A DNA stretch of 64,000 nt. Origin: an uncultured Myxococcales bacterium (GTDB lineage Bacteria; Myxococcota_A; UBA9042; DTJE01). Shown one piece after another: positions 36,519-46,729 of the stretch. The stretch lies in NCBI GenBank assembly GCA_937975765.1, contig CALJUR010000108.1:1574-65573 (forward strand), in the 5' to 3' direction. The notes beneath the pieces were generated by a model. The model was not told where the DNA came from, ran no database searches, and worked only from the letters and a program-made list of their open reading frames with translations. Both the position numbers and the translations under genes were made by a program. Numbering within the stretch: position 1 is the stretch's first letter; every line of letters starts with the position of its first letter.

Positions 36519-36872
36519 ATGAACGCCCGGATGACATTGCTGGTCCTGGCAGCCTCGGTGCTGATGCCCAGGCTTTCGGCAGCGGCCGACGAACCCCAGG
36601 CCCCGCCCCCGGCGGCCCCCGCGCCCCCGCCTGCCGAGGCGGTTCCTCCGACGAACCTGCCCCCGCAGGCCCACGCACCGCAGGACGCGGGGGTGTTCGT
36701 CGATCGCGACGGCGACGGCATCCAGGACGGCCAGGAGCACCGCTTCCGGAAGCGCGGCAAGGGCGCCCTGGGCAAGGGCGCGGACGGGTCGGGCGCGGGC
36801 TCCGGTTCCGGCGCCATGCGCCGGCTGCGGCTGGGCGCGGGCGGCGGCTCGCGGCAGGGTGGCGGGCAATGA
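36519..36872 (+). CDS. small secreted Pro/Gly-rich protein, paralog of the upstream gene (FVDRDGDGIQDG motif)
   Basis: Signal peptide MNARMTLLVLAASVLMPRLSAAA. Single Ca-binding-like DxDGDG motif. Stop overlaps the next ATG (ATGA). Confidence 0.55.
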   Translation: MNARMTLLVLAASVLMPRLSAAADEPQAPPPAAPAPPPAEAVPPTNLPPQAHAPQDAGVFVDRDGDGIQDGQEHRFRKRGKGALGKGADGSGAGSGSGAMRRLRLGAGGGSRQGGGQ

Positions 36873-37993
36873 ATCCCCGGAAACAACTTGCATCCAGGCA
36901 CGGCCTGCGCCGGGCGCTCGCGGCGTGCATCCTGCTGGCGGGGCTCTGGGCGTTCCCGGCGCATGCGCAGGAACTCTCGGTCGCCGGCTCGGTCGGCACG
37001 ACCTGGACCGACAACGTGTTCGTGATGAGCGCGCCGGAATGGGACGCGTCGATCCTGCCCGCCCTGCGCGCCGGCGTGGACTTCGCCACCTTCTGGACGC
37101 TGCGGTACGAGGGCGCGGCCGAGATCTACACGAACCACACGGACCTGACCTCGCACGACCACGCGCTGCGGCTGCAGGTCAACCCGGCCTTCGGTCCCGA
37201 CGACGCGAACGAGTTCCTCGTCGGGCTGGAGGTCGAGACGCTGCGCAACCTGGACACCTACGCGGCGCTGAACTACGTGGGCGGGCAGGCGGATGCCGCG
37301 ATCCGCCTCGAACCGACGCCCTGGTTCGCCTGGCAGGCCGGCGCGGACCTGCGGTACCGCCGCTTCTACGACGACCCCCAGGCCGACACGCTGGACGTGC
37401 TGGCCTCGACCGAGGCCCGGTTCACGCTGCAGTCCCGGACCACGATCACGCCGCGCCTCGGATACGGCTTCCGGTACAACCCCGGCCTGAAGGGGCAGGG
37501 GGAGGGACGGCCCGACCGCGACGACCACCAACTGGACGTCGGCCTGCACTTCAGCCAGGGTCTCTGGGAGAACGCGGGCCTGCAGGCGGACTACTCGTAC
37601 CGGCACCTGTTCTCGTCCAGCCAGGCGCTGGCCCGCAAGCTGACCCAGACGCAGTTCGCCTTCCTGACCGCCGACTTCCTGGCCGGGGGGCACCGGGCGT
37701 ACCTGAAACTGAAGCAGGTGCTGCCGCGGGGCTGGTCGCTGCTGGCGGGCGTCGAGTTCCGGGCCCTGCGCTTCCCCGGCTGGCCGGCCACGGAAGCCGA
37801 CGGGACCGCCACCGGCGAGGACCGCGAAGACCGGCGGCTGATCCCCTCCGCGACCCTGGGGTACGACCACCGCTTCGGCAGCCTGGGGCTGCAGGCGAGA
37901 CTGTCCTACTCGTACCTGCGCCAGTGGTCGAACACCGCCGACTACGACACGCAGGCCCACCAGGTCGCGCTCTCGATCGCCCTGGAGTACTGA
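36869..37993 (+). CDS. outer-membrane beta-barrel protein
   Basis: Signal peptide MNPRKQLASRHGLRRALAACILLAGLWAFPAHA. Amphipathic strands. C-terminal ...LSIALEY. Confidence 0.55.
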   Translation: MNPRKQLASRHGLRRALAACILLAGLWAFPAHAQELSVAGSVGTTWTDNVFVMSAPEWDASILPALRAGVDFATFWTLRYEGAAEIYTNHTDLTSHDHALRLQVNPAFGPDDANEFLVGLEVETLRNLDTYAALNYVGGQADAAIRLEPTPWFAWQAGADLRYRRFYDDPQADTLDVLASTEARFTLQSRTTITPRLGYGFRYNPGLKGQGEGRPDRDDHQLDVGLHFSQGLWENAGLQADYSYRHLFSSSQALARKLTQTQFAFLTADFLAGGHRAYLKLKQVLPRGWSLLAGVEFRALRFPGWPATEADGTATGEDREDRRLIPSATLGYDHRFGSLGLQARLSYSYLRQWSNTADYDTQAHQVALSIALEY

Positions 37994-38092
37994 CCGGGAA
38001 CCCGCGCCCGGCTCCTTCCCGAAACCCGCCCCGCGTCTCCCCGGGAGCGCCCCCGGAGGTATCATGGAGTCGAGAAGTCCAGGAGGTGCCCC

Positions 38093-38293
38093 ATGGAAAC
38101 GGCCATCGCGTCGCAGCCCGCCCTCACCCGGGACGAGTGGACGCAGATCGCCCTCCTGCTGAAGGAGGAACTGGACGGCCTGCAGACCGAGATCCACCAC
38201 ACCGATTCGCAGGCCTACCGGGACGACCTGCAGGCGCGCCGCCAGACGCTGGCCGGCACGCTGCAGAAGGTGGAGGCGGCGCTGAAGGGCTGA
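38093..38293 (+). CDS. small helical protein (66 aa), unknown function
   Basis: CAGGAGG RBS 7 nt upstream. GC3-rich frame. Confidence 0.4.
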   Translation: METAIASQPALTRDEWTQIALLLKEELDGLQTEIHHTDSQAYRDDLQARRQTLAGTLQKVEAALKG

Positions 38294-38467
38294 TGCCCGG
38301 GCACGCCGGCCGGGAGGCACCCCCGCCCCGGGCACGGGTTTCCCCGGCCCCCCGTCGCACGCCCCGGGCCCTGGATCCGCGACTTCCCCCCGCCCACCCG
38401 CGGGATTCCACGCCCCCGCGCCTTCGTGGTACGGTACCGCGTTCCCGTTCCCTCACCGGAGGCAGGC

Positions 38468-39841
38468 ATGGCGTCGCAGCGCGGCCACTGGGGCTCCCGT
38501 CTGGGCTTCATCCTCGCGGCGGCGGGTTCCGCGGTCGGCCTGGGCAACCTGTGGAAGTTCCCCTACCTGGCCTGGGAGAACGGCGGCGGGGCCTTCCTGC
38601 TGGTCTACCTGGTCGCGGTGGTGCTGCTGGGCCTGCCCATCATGATGGCCGAGATCCTGGTCGGGCGCCGGGCCCAGGCCAGCGCGGTGCCCGCCTTCAC
38701 GGCGCTGGGCGGGCGCGGCTGGTCGGTGGTCGGCTGGCTGGGCGTCCTGTCGGGCGCCGTGATCCTGTCGTACTACACCGTCATCGCCGGCTGGTCGCTG
38801 CGCTCGTTCTTCCAGTGCGTCCAGTGGTCCCTGGGCAGCTACCCGCCCGATGCCGGCGCGCGCTTCGGCGCCTTCCTGGCCGACGGGACCCAGCAGGTGC
38901 TGCTGACCACCGGCTTCACGCTCCTGACCGCCTTCATCGTCTACCGCGGCATCGGGTCCGGCATCGAGCGGGCCAGCAAGGTCATGATGCCCGTCCTGCT
39001 GTCCATCCTCCTCTACCTGGTCGTCACGACCCTGACCCTGCCCGGCCGCACCGCCGGCCTGTCGCACCTGTGGCTGCCCCGCCTCGACGCCCTGCCTCCG
39101 CAGGGGGCGCTGCTGGCCGTCGGGCAGGCCTTCTTCAGCCTGTCCCTGGGCCTGGGAGCCATGATCGCCTACGGTTCCTACCTGTCCCGCAAGGAGTCCC
39201 TGGCCGGATCGGCCGCGTGGGTGGTCGTCTGCGACACGATGGTCGCGCTGCTGGCCGGGACGGCCATGTTCATCATCATCCACTCCATCCCCGGCCTGGA
39301 CCAGCGGGTCTCCGGCTCGACCGTCGGGATGCTGTTCATCACCCTGCCGGAGCTGTTCTACACGCAGATGCCGGGCGGGGTCGTGCTGGCGCCGCTGTTC
39401 TTCGTCCTGGTCGCCTTCGCGGCGCTGACCTCGACCATCAGCCTGGGCGAGGTGGTCGCCTCGCTGCTGATCGACCGGAAGGGCTGGTCCCGGCCCCGGG
39501 CGACGCTGGCCAGCACCGTCGTCGTGTATGCCGGTTCGCTGCTGTGCGCCCTGTCGCTGGGGGCCCAGCCGGCGCTGTCCACCTTCGAGGTCTTCGCCGG
39601 CAAGGCGGGGCTCCTGTCCACCCTGGACCACCTGGCCGCCAACTGGCTGCTCCCGCTGGGCGGCCTGGGCACCACGATCTTCGTGGGCTGGCGGCTGGCC
39701 CGCAAGGACCTGCTGGAGGAACTGGGTCTGCGGCGCCCGACCTGGCTGTTCCACGCCTGGGTCTGGCTGCTGCGGGTGGTGGCCCCGCTGGCCATCGTGG
39801 CGCTGCTGGCGATGGTCGTCGCCGGGAAGGACTTGAGCTGA
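38468..39841 (+). CDS. sodium-dependent transporter, neurotransmitter:sodium symporter (NSS/SNF) family
   Basis: NSS signature GLGNLWKFPYLAWENGGGAFLLVYL. Twelve TM segments. GGAGG RBS. Confidence 0.85.
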   Translation: MASQRGHWGSRLGFILAAAGSAVGLGNLWKFPYLAWENGGGAFLLVYLVAVVLLGLPIMMAEILVGRRAQASAVPAFTALGGRGWSVVGWLGVLSGAVILSYYTVIAGWSLRSFFQCVQWSLGSYPPDAGARFGAFLADGTQQVLLTTGFTLLTAFIVYRGIGSGIERASKVMMPVLLSILLYLVVTTLTLPGRTAGLSHLWLPRLDALPPQGALLAVGQAFFSLSLGLGAMIAYGSYLSRKESLAGSAAWVVVCDTMVALLAGTAMFIIIHSIPGLDQRVSGSTVGMLFITLPELFYTQMPGGVVLAPLFFVLVAFAALTSTISLGEVVASLLIDRKGWSRPRATLASTVVVYAGSLLCALSLGAQPALSTFEVFAGKAGLLSTLDHLAANWLLPLGGLGTTIFVGWRLARKDLLEELGLRRPTWLFHAWVWLLRVVAPLAIVALLAMVVAGKDLS

Positions 39842-39842
39842 C

Positions 39843-41282
39843 ATGGACACCTTCAGCCAGGCGATCGGGTCCGTGCTGGACGCCTACAACACCTACGTGG
39901 GCACCTACGCGCTGATGTTCCTGCTGCTGCCCGTGGGCCTGCTGTTCACCGTGTGGCTGCGGGGCATCCAGGTCTGGGGCCTGAAACACTCGGCCCAGTT
40001 GGTCATGGGGAAGTTCGACCGCCCCGGGGACCACGGCGACGTCAACCACTTCCAGGCCCTGTGCACGGCCCTGTCGGCCACCGTCGGCACCGGCAACATC
40101 GCGGGCGTCGCGCTGGCCATCTACTTCGGCGGCCCCGGCGCGGTGTTCTGGCTGTGGATGACCGGCTTCCTGGGCATGGCGACCAAGTTCGCGGAATGCA
40201 CCCTGGCCCAGAAGTACCGCGAGATCCACGAGGACGGCAGCGTGTCCGGCGGCCCGATGTACTACATCGAGCACGCCACGAAGCACGTGCTGGGCCCGTT
40301 CGCGAAGCCCCTGGCGATCGTCTTCGCCGTCGGCACCATCCTGTGCAGCCTGGGCACCGGCAACATGGCCCAGTCCAACAGCATGGCCGACGCGGTGCAC
40401 GCCTTCACCCTGCCCATCGGCGACGGCTTCCACATCCCCACCTGGGCCACCGGCCTGCTGCTGGCCGTGCTGGTGGGCAGCGTCATCCTGGGCGGCATCC
40501 GGCGCATCGCGAACGTCGCGGAACGGCTGGTGCCGTTCATGGCCTTCTTCTACGTCACAGCCGCCATCGCGGTCATCGGCTTCGAGTACGACCGCGTCCC
40601 GGGGATGTTCCGGCTGATCCTCGAGGGCGCTTTCACCGGCACCGCGGCCACGGGCGGCTTCGTCGGGTCCACCTTCATCCTGACCGCCCGTTACGGCATC
40701 GCGCGCGGCCTGTTCAGCAACGAGGCCGGCCAGGGGTCGGCGCCGATCGCCCACGCGGCGGCAAGGACCGAGTACCCGGTGCGCGAGGGCCTGGTGGCGC
40801 TGATGGAGCCGATGGTCGACACCCTGGTCATCTGCACGATGACCGCCATCGTGATCCTGCTGTCGGGCGCGTGGGACGACGGCCTGATGGGCGCGGCCAT
40901 GACCTACGACGCCTTCCGCATCGGCCTGGACGTGACCGTGGGCGGCGTGCAACTGGGCGGCGCGGTGGTGTCGGTCTCGCTGCTGCTGTTCGCGTTCACG
41001 ACCGCAATCTCGTGGTCCTACTATGGTGACCGCGCGGTGGGCTACCTGTTCGGGCGGAAGTGGGTGACGCCCTACCGGTACATGTACTGCGTCTTCGTCG
41101 TCATCGGCGCCGTCTGGGCGCAGGAACTGGTCTGGAAGTTCGTGGACGCCGTCATCACGGTGATGGCGGTGCCGAACCTGGTCGCGCTGGTGATCCTGTC
41201 GCCGATGGTGGCCCGCATGACGCGCGAGTACTTCGCGATCGACCACCGGCCCACCGCCCCCCGCAAGGCCGCCGCCCTGTAG
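39843..41282 (+). CDS. alanine/glycine:cation symporter (AGCS) family transporter
   Basis: AGCS signature ALSATVGTGNIAGVALAIYFGGPGAVFWLWMTGFLGMATKFAE. Confidence 0.85.
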   Translation: MDTFSQAIGSVLDAYNTYVGTYALMFLLLPVGLLFTVWLRGIQVWGLKHSAQLVMGKFDRPGDHGDVNHFQALCTALSATVGTGNIAGVALAIYFGGPGAVFWLWMTGFLGMATKFAECTLAQKYREIHEDGSVSGGPMYYIEHATKHVLGPFAKPLAIVFAVGTILCSLGTGNMAQSNSMADAVHAFTLPIGDGFHIPTWATGLLLAVLVGSVILGGIRRIANVAERLVPFMAFFYVTAAIAVIGFEYDRVPGMFRLILEGAFTGTAATGGFVGSTFILTARYGIARGLFSNEAGQGSAPIAHAAARTEYPVREGLVALMEPMVDTLVICTMTAIVILLSGAWDDGLMGAAMTYDAFRIGLDVTVGGVQLGGAVVSVSLLLFAFTTAISWSYYGDRAVGYLFGRKWVTPYRYMYCVFVVIGAVWAQELVWKFVDAVITVMAVPNLVALVILSPMVARMTREYFAIDHRPTAPRKAAAL

Positions 41283-41374
41283 CCCGCCCGGGCCCCTACC
41301 GCAAACGCCCGATTTCCTGTACAGTCCGGCCCGCCGGGGCGCGGACCCCGGCTGCGAATTCGAGGGAGGCTGCG

Positions 41375-42400
41375 ATGCCCATCCGCGTGATCGTGACCCG
41401 CGATTTCGACCACCTCAGCGAGGTCGCCGCGGACGAGGTCGCCGGCGAGATCGATCGCCGGCAGGCCCACGGGCGGGACTGCGTGCTGGGGCTGGCCACC
41501 GGCGCCTCGCCGACCGGCATGTACCGGCACCTGGCCAAGGCGATGAACCAGGGCCGTCCCGACGCCACCCGCGTCCGGACCTTCAACCTGGACGAGTACG
41601 TCGGGCTGCCGGGGCGCGACCCGGTCCAGCGGGCGCTGCACCCGGAGTCCTACGCCTTCTTCATGGTCCAGGAACTGTTCGGCCTGCTGAACCGCAAGTT
41701 CCGGTCCACGCGGGTGCCCGGCGGCACGCTGGTGGACCAGGCGGCGTTGATCCGGGCGCTGGCCGAACACCCCGGCGACTGGACCGAGCGGGGCACCGAC
41801 GCCGGGCGCGCGATCGAGATCCGGCCCGACGCCGCGTCCGGGGTGCTGCAGGCGGTGCGCAACGACGTGCTGCTGGCCTACGAGGCCGACATCCGGGCCG
41901 CGGGCGGCATCGACCTGCAGATCCTCGGCGTGGGAGGCCGGGGCCACGTCGCGTTCCACGAGGCGGGGATCCCGTTTCCGGGCAGCCGCGTGATGCTGGT
42001 GCGCCTGGACGGCGTCACCATGAAGCACGCGGTGGCCGACGGCCACTTCCCGTCCGAGGACGACTGCCCGCGCTACGCCGTGTCGATGGGCGCCGAACTG
42101 GTCTTCGAGGCGCGCCGGGTGGTGGTGCTGGCCAGCGGGTCCCGCAAGGTCGGCCCGGTGACGCGGTCGCTGATGGACGACGTCACGCCCGCGCTGCCGA
42201 TCTCCTATGGGCAGGCCTATGCCGCGAAGGGCGGCGACCTGCTGTACATCGTCGATGCGGTCGCCGGCGCCGGCATCCTGGAACACCGCGCCCGCCTGCA
42301 CGCCCGGGGCGTCGAGATCGAGGACCGGTCCGGCGGGCGGGCCTCCATCGCCGTGCGCGACCTCCGGTTCTACCGGGACGCGCTGGGCACGCTGAACTGA
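41375..42400 (+). CDS. nagB: glucosamine-6-phosphate deaminase/isomerase
   Basis: GLATGASPTGMY, FNLDEYVGLP and ILGVGGRGHVAFHEAG motifs. GAGGGAGG RBS. Confidence 0.75.
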   Translation: MPIRVIVTRDFDHLSEVAADEVAGEIDRRQAHGRDCVLGLATGASPTGMYRHLAKAMNQGRPDATRVRTFNLDEYVGLPGRDPVQRALHPESYAFFMVQELFGLLNRKFRSTRVPGGTLVDQAALIRALAEHPGDWTERGTDAGRAIEIRPDAASGVLQAVRNDVLLAYEADIRAAGGIDLQILGVGGRGHVAFHEAGIPFPGSRVMLVRLDGVTMKHAVADGHFPSEDDCPRYAVSMGAELVFEARRVVVLASGSRKVGPVTRSLMDDVTPALPISYGQAYAAKGGDLLYIVDAVAGAGILEHRARLHARGVEIEDRSGGRASIAVRDLRFYRDALGTLN

Positions 42401-42499
42401 CACCCGTTCACGCGGCGCCATGCCGGCCGGGACGGTTTGCCGGGTCCCCGGGACGCGGCGCGGCGCGACAATGAGACATCCACCCGGCAGGAGGACGCC

Positions 42500-43456
42500 A
42501 TGTCGTTCGCACACCGGCACGAGGCCGAGGCAGGGCTGGACATCGTCGAGGGGGAGGGCCTGTCGATGCAGGTCCGGCGGCGCGGGGCCGAACTGATCTC
42601 GCTGGCGTGGAACGACGCGCAGCACGGGAAGGTCGGCCTGCTGTGGCGGGACGGCGAGAGGGACGACCCGCCGCGCTTCTGGAAGAGCCACGCCCCGATC
42701 CTGTTCCCGATCGTCGGGGGGCTGCACGAGAACGCCTCCCGCACCACCACCGGCGAGGAGGTGCGCTTTGGCGGTCTGCACGGCTTCGTGCGCCACCAGG
42801 CCCTGGCGCTGGTCGAGGCCGGCCCGGTGGAGGACGGTTTCGCCCTGCGCTACCGGCTGCTGCCGGACGAGGCCACCCGCGGGATGTACCCCTGGGAGTT
42901 CGCGTTCGAGGCCGCGTACTTCCTGCGCCGCACCCGGCTGGACGTGACGTTCCGGGTCGAGAACCGCGACGCCCGGCCGATGCCGTACCAGGTCGGCTGG
43001 CACCCCGGCTTCGCGACGCCGTTGCGGCCCGGGTCGGGCGACAAGGCGGGCTGCCACGTGCGCCTGCCCGCGTGCGGGTTCGACCGGCTGCTGAACGACG
43101 ACCGCTGCTTCCTGACCGGCCAGCGGGTGCCCACGGACGGCACCGGCGACTTCCCGTTCACCGAGAAGGGCCTGGACCTCACCTACATGTTCGACCTGTC
43201 GAGGGTGCCCGCGCGCGACCGCGCCGTCACGCTGCTGGACCCAGACGAATCGTTCGGCGTGCGCGTCGCGTTCCCGGACTTCCCGCACCTGGGGCTGTGG
43301 TCGGACGCCGGGGCGCCCTTCGTCTGCATCGAGCCGTGGCAGGGCATGGACGACCACGTCTCGCAGGAGCCCTTCGACCGCAAGCTGGGGATCGTGCTGC
43401 TTCCCCCCGGCGGCAGCGACACCCGGCATGCCTCGATCGATGTGCTGGCAGGCTGA
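42500..43456 (+). CDS. aldose 1-epimerase (mutarotase) family protein
   Basis: Beta-sandwich mutarotase pattern (ILFPIVGGL, YPWEF, GWHPGF, CIEPW). GGCAGGAGG RBS. Confidence 0.65.
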   Translation: MSFAHRHEAEAGLDIVEGEGLSMQVRRRGAELISLAWNDAQHGKVGLLWRDGERDDPPRFWKSHAPILFPIVGGLHENASRTTTGEEVRFGGLHGFVRHQALALVEAGPVEDGFALRYRLLPDEATRGMYPWEFAFEAAYFLRRTRLDVTFRVENRDARPMPYQVGWHPGFATPLRPGSGDKAGCHVRLPACGFDRLLNDDRCFLTGQRVPTDGTGDFPFTEKGLDLTYMFDLSRVPARDRAVTLLDPDESFGVRVAFPDFPHLGLWSDAGAPFVCIEPWQGMDDHVSQEPFDRKLGIVLLPPGGSDTRHASIDVLAG

Positions 43457-43554
43457 TCCCCGCCCGGACGGGCTTCATTCCTTCCGGGTCTGCTCGGCGG
43501 CGAACGCAGCGGGATGGAGGCCGATGGCAGGCCGTGGAATGCGTCGTCGCGACG

Positions 43555-45090
43555 CTATGCCACGAACAGCTTGTCGGACTCGAACGACGGCGCGGAGGTG
43601 AGGTTCATGCCCAGGCGCCGCAGCGCCTTCTGGTCGTTGGGCGACGCGATGTGCGTCAGGTGCACCTCGCAGCCGGACAGCCGGGGCAGGCTCTCCAGCG
43701 CCAGCCGCGCGGTGGGGTTCGCGTTGGACGAGATGCCCAGCGCGATCAGCGACTCGTCCACGTCCAGGGACGGGAACTCGCGCCCGTAGGCGATCCGCTT
43801 CACGTCCGCGATCGCGTCGAAGACGGCCGGGCTCAGCAGGTCCAGCGGCGCCGGGATCCCCGCCAGCCGCTTGATCGCGTTCAGCACCAGCGCCGCCGCC
43901 GCGTGCATCTGCGGCGAGTTGCAGGCCGTGACCATCTCGCCCGAGGGCAGTTGCAGCGCCGCGCCCACATAGACCCCGCGGTGGCCCTTCCCGGGCCGCT
44001 CCAGCGCGGCGGCGGCGGCCTCGCGGGCCGGGCGCACCACCGGGCGGTCCTCGGGCCCCGCGTCCAGTTCCTCCATCAGGATCTCGATGCGCCGCACCGA
44101 CTCGGCGTCCACCTGGCCCAGCGCCTGCTCGCACGCGTACCGGTAGTACCGGCGCACGATCTCCTGCCGCGCTGCCTGCCGCGCCGCCTCGTCGTCCACG
44201 ATCGCGAACCCGGCGCGGTTGACGCCCATGTCGGTCGGCGACCGGTACAGGTCCTTGTCGCCGCTGATGCGCGTCAGGATGCGCCGCAGCAGCGGGAACG
44301 CCTCGACGTCGCGGTTGTAATTGACGGACGTGATCCCGTAGGCCTCCAGGTGGAACGGGTCGATCAGGTTCACGTCGCGCAGTTCCGCCGTGGCCGCCTC
44401 GTAGGCCACGTTGACCGGGTGCCGCAGCGGCAGGCTCCAGATCGGGAAGGTCTCGAACTTCGCGTAGCCCGCGCGCACCCCCCTCCGGTGCTCGTGGTAG
44501 ACCTGCGACAGGCAGGTGGCCAGCTTGCCGCTGTTCGGCCCCGGTGCCGTCACGACCACCAGTGGCCGGCTGGTCTCGACGTAGGGATTCGACCCGTAGC
44601 CCGCGTCGCTGACCGTGCGGTCCACGTCCACGGCGTAGTTCGGGATGGCGCGGTGCAGGTACACGTGGACGTTGCGCCGCTCCAGCTGGTTCCGGAAGGT
44701 GTTCGCCGCGGGCTGGTCCGCGAACCGGGTGATCACCACCGCCCGGACCGGCAGGTCGCGCTCGCGCAGGTCGTCGATCAGCTTCAGAACGTCCGAGTCG
44801 TACGGGATGCCGAAGTCGGCGCGGACCTTGCGCCTTTCGATGTCGCCCGCGTGGATGCAGACGATGATCTCCGTCTTGTCCTTCAGCCGCTGCAGCAGCC
44901 GCATCTTCACGTTCGGGTCGAAGCCCGGCAGCACGCGGGCGGCGTGGAAGTCGAAGATCAGCTTGCCGCCGAACTCCAGGTACAACTTGTTGTCGAAGCG
45001 CTGCACCCGTTCGAGGATCGCGGCGGACTGCTCCTCCAGGTACTTCTCGTTGTCGAAGGCGATCGGGCCGTGGACGACCGGGCCGGGCAT
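43555..45090 (-). CDS. DUF1846 (UPF0371) family protein
   Basis: N-terminus IAFDNEKYLEEQSAAILERVQRFDNKLYLEFGGKLIFDFHAARVLPGFDP is characteristic of UPF0371. 511 aa. GGAGG RBS. Confidence 0.7.
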   Translation of the reverse strand: MPGPVVHGPIAFDNEKYLEEQSAAILERVQRFDNKLYLEFGGKLIFDFHAARVLPGFDPNVKMRLLQRLKDKTEIIVCIHAGDIERRKVRADFGIPYDSDVLKLIDDLRERDLPVRAVVITRFADQPAANTFRNQLERRNVHVYLHRAIPNYAVDVDRTVSDAGYGSNPYVETSRPLVVVTAPGPNSGKLATCLSQVYHEHRRGVRAGYAKFETFPIWSLPLRHPVNVAYEAATAELRDVNLIDPFHLEAYGITSVNYNRDVEAFPLLRRILTRISGDKDLYRSPTDMGVNRAGFAIVDDEAARQAARQEIVRRYYRYACEQALGQVDAESVRRIEILMEELDAGPEDRPVVRPAREAAAAALERPGKGHRGVYVGAALQLPSGEMVTACNSPQMHAAAALVLNAIKRLAGIPAPLDLLSPAVFDAIADVKRIAYGREFPSLDVDESLIALGISSNANPTARLALESLPRLSGCEVHLTHIASPNDQKALRRLGMNLTSAPSFESDKLFVA

Positions 45091-45204
45091 GGAAGGATCC
45101 TCCGGGTACGCTGGAAGGGTTCTACACGCCCCGGCGGACCGGCACAAGGGCGGCGTCCAGGATACAGGCGTTTCAGAGGGTTTGGCGTTGGTCCCGTCCC
45201 CCAA

Positions 45205-45262
45205 TGTAGGGCGGGGGCCCCGTCCCCCGCCATCGCAGTCGTGGGGCCCCGTCCCCCGCCAT
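45205..45262. repeat. REP-like GC-rich palindromic element, tandem copy (TGTAGGGCGGGGGCCCCGTCCCCCGCCAT + GGGGCCCCGTCCCCCGCCAT)
   Basis: Near-identical to 58302..58356. Lies in a divergent intergenic region. Confidence 0.45.
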
Positions 45263-45353
45263 GGGATCGCCAGGAACCGCCCTGCCCACCGGATCCGGTC
45301 GTTGACACCTCCCCGGGAAACGGGGGATACCTCGGACACCAGAGGAGGACGCC

Positions 45354-46406
45354 ATGCGCCAGATCCAGCAGACGCCGGACAGGATGGTCCAGGACGGCCG
45401 CGTGGTGCGCTGGGGCCTGTTCGCGACGCCTTTCCGGGACATCGACCTGGAAGGGCTGGACCTTCGGGTGGCCGGGATGAAGATCCCGCGGTGCCTGCGG
45501 AAGTTCCGGCTGAAGGAGTGGCAGCACGTCGCGATCGCGGGCGCGGACGTGATGATGGGCCTGGCGCTGGTGGACGCGCACTACCTGGGCAATTCCTGGT
45601 GCTGGATCGCGGACCGCGGCACGGGGACGTTCGTGGAGCACGCCCGGGAAGGGGCGGCGACGGCGGTGCGGACGGCCCGGACGCTGTGGGACGACGGGTG
45701 CACCTTCCGGGTGAAGGGCTACGAGGCCCGCATCGACAACCGGCTGTCGCAGGGGCGGCACCACGTGGAGGTGCGGATCGCGGCGCGGGGCGGGCGGCCG
45801 GCGATCGAGGCGGTGCTGGACCTGGACGCGGAGCCGGCCCGCATGCAGCCGCTGGAACTGGTGGAGCCCGTGGCCCCGGAACGGCCGCTGTACACGCACA
45901 AGTCGGCGTCGCCGGTCTCGGGCTTCATCCGGGTGGGCGAACGGCGGTACGACCTGGACCCCGCGCGGGACGCGGCGCTGCTGGACGTCCAGAAGACCTA
46001 CTACCCGTACCGGACCTTCTGGAAGTGGGCGACGTTCGCGGGGCGGGCGGCCGACGGGCGCCTGGTCGGGCTGAACCTGTGCCAGAACCTGATCGCGGAC
46101 GACGAGGCGTTCAACGAGAACGTGCTGTGGGACGGCGGCCGGATGACGCCCCTGTCCGCGGCGCGCTTCGAGTTCGACCCCGCGGACACGATGAAGCCGT
46201 GGAGGACGCGGACCACCGACGGGAAGGTCGACCTGGTCTTCACGCCGACCGGGAGGCGGGTCGGCCACATCAACGCGGGGATCCTGCTGTCCGACTACCA
46301 GCTGGGCTACGGGACCTTCGCCGGGACGCTGGTGCTGGACGACGGCAGCCGCTTCGAGGTGCAGGGCTTCCCCGGCGTCGTCGAGAACCACGTCGCGCGG
46401 TTCTAG
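45354..46406 (+). CDS. DUF2804-like protein (350 aa)
   Basis: GGAGGA RBS. Size and composition consistent with DUF2804. Family assignment made from memory only. Confidence 0.5.
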   Translation: MRQIQQTPDRMVQDGRVVRWGLFATPFRDIDLEGLDLRVAGMKIPRCLRKFRLKEWQHVAIAGADVMMGLALVDAHYLGNSWCWIADRGTGTFVEHAREGAATAVRTARTLWDDGCTFRVKGYEARIDNRLSQGRHHVEVRIAARGGRPAIEAVLDLDAEPARMQPLELVEPVAPERPLYTHKSASPVSGFIRVGERRYDLDPARDAALLDVQKTYYPYRTFWKWATFAGRAADGRLVGLNLCQNLIADDEAFNENVLWDGGRMTPLSAARFEFDPADTMKPWRTRTTDGKVDLVFTPTGRRVGHINAGILLSDYQLGYGTFAGTLVLDDGSRFEVQGFPGVVENHVARF

Positions 46407-46624
46407 GAAGTCCGGCGGGGGACGGGGCCCCCGCCCTGCATTTCGGCCCCGGCCGACCCGGAGTCCGGTCGCGAACCGAGACCCGTCGTCCGCGTTCCGC
46501 CACCCATGACGATCGTTGATCGCTGCCTGGGTTTGCAGGGCGCGGCCCCCGGGCACGCAGGCGGAGTCGACGGGTTTCCGCAGGAAACTCTCGACGCAGC
46601 CGGAGTCGCCTCGGGCGCGCCTGA

Positions 46625-46652
46625 TGTAGGGCGGGGCCCCCGTGCCCCGCCT
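46625..46652. repeat. REP-like GC-rich palindromic element (TGTAGGGCGGGGCCCCCGTGCCCCGCC)
   Basis: Same family as the elements at 21138, 45205 and 58302. Confidence 0.4.
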
Positions 46653-46729
46653 CCGGATCTCCGCGACCTGTCGGGCCCACGCGATCCCGCCCCGTTGACC
46701 CCGCCCGGTCGCGCGGGCAGAATCCGGCC

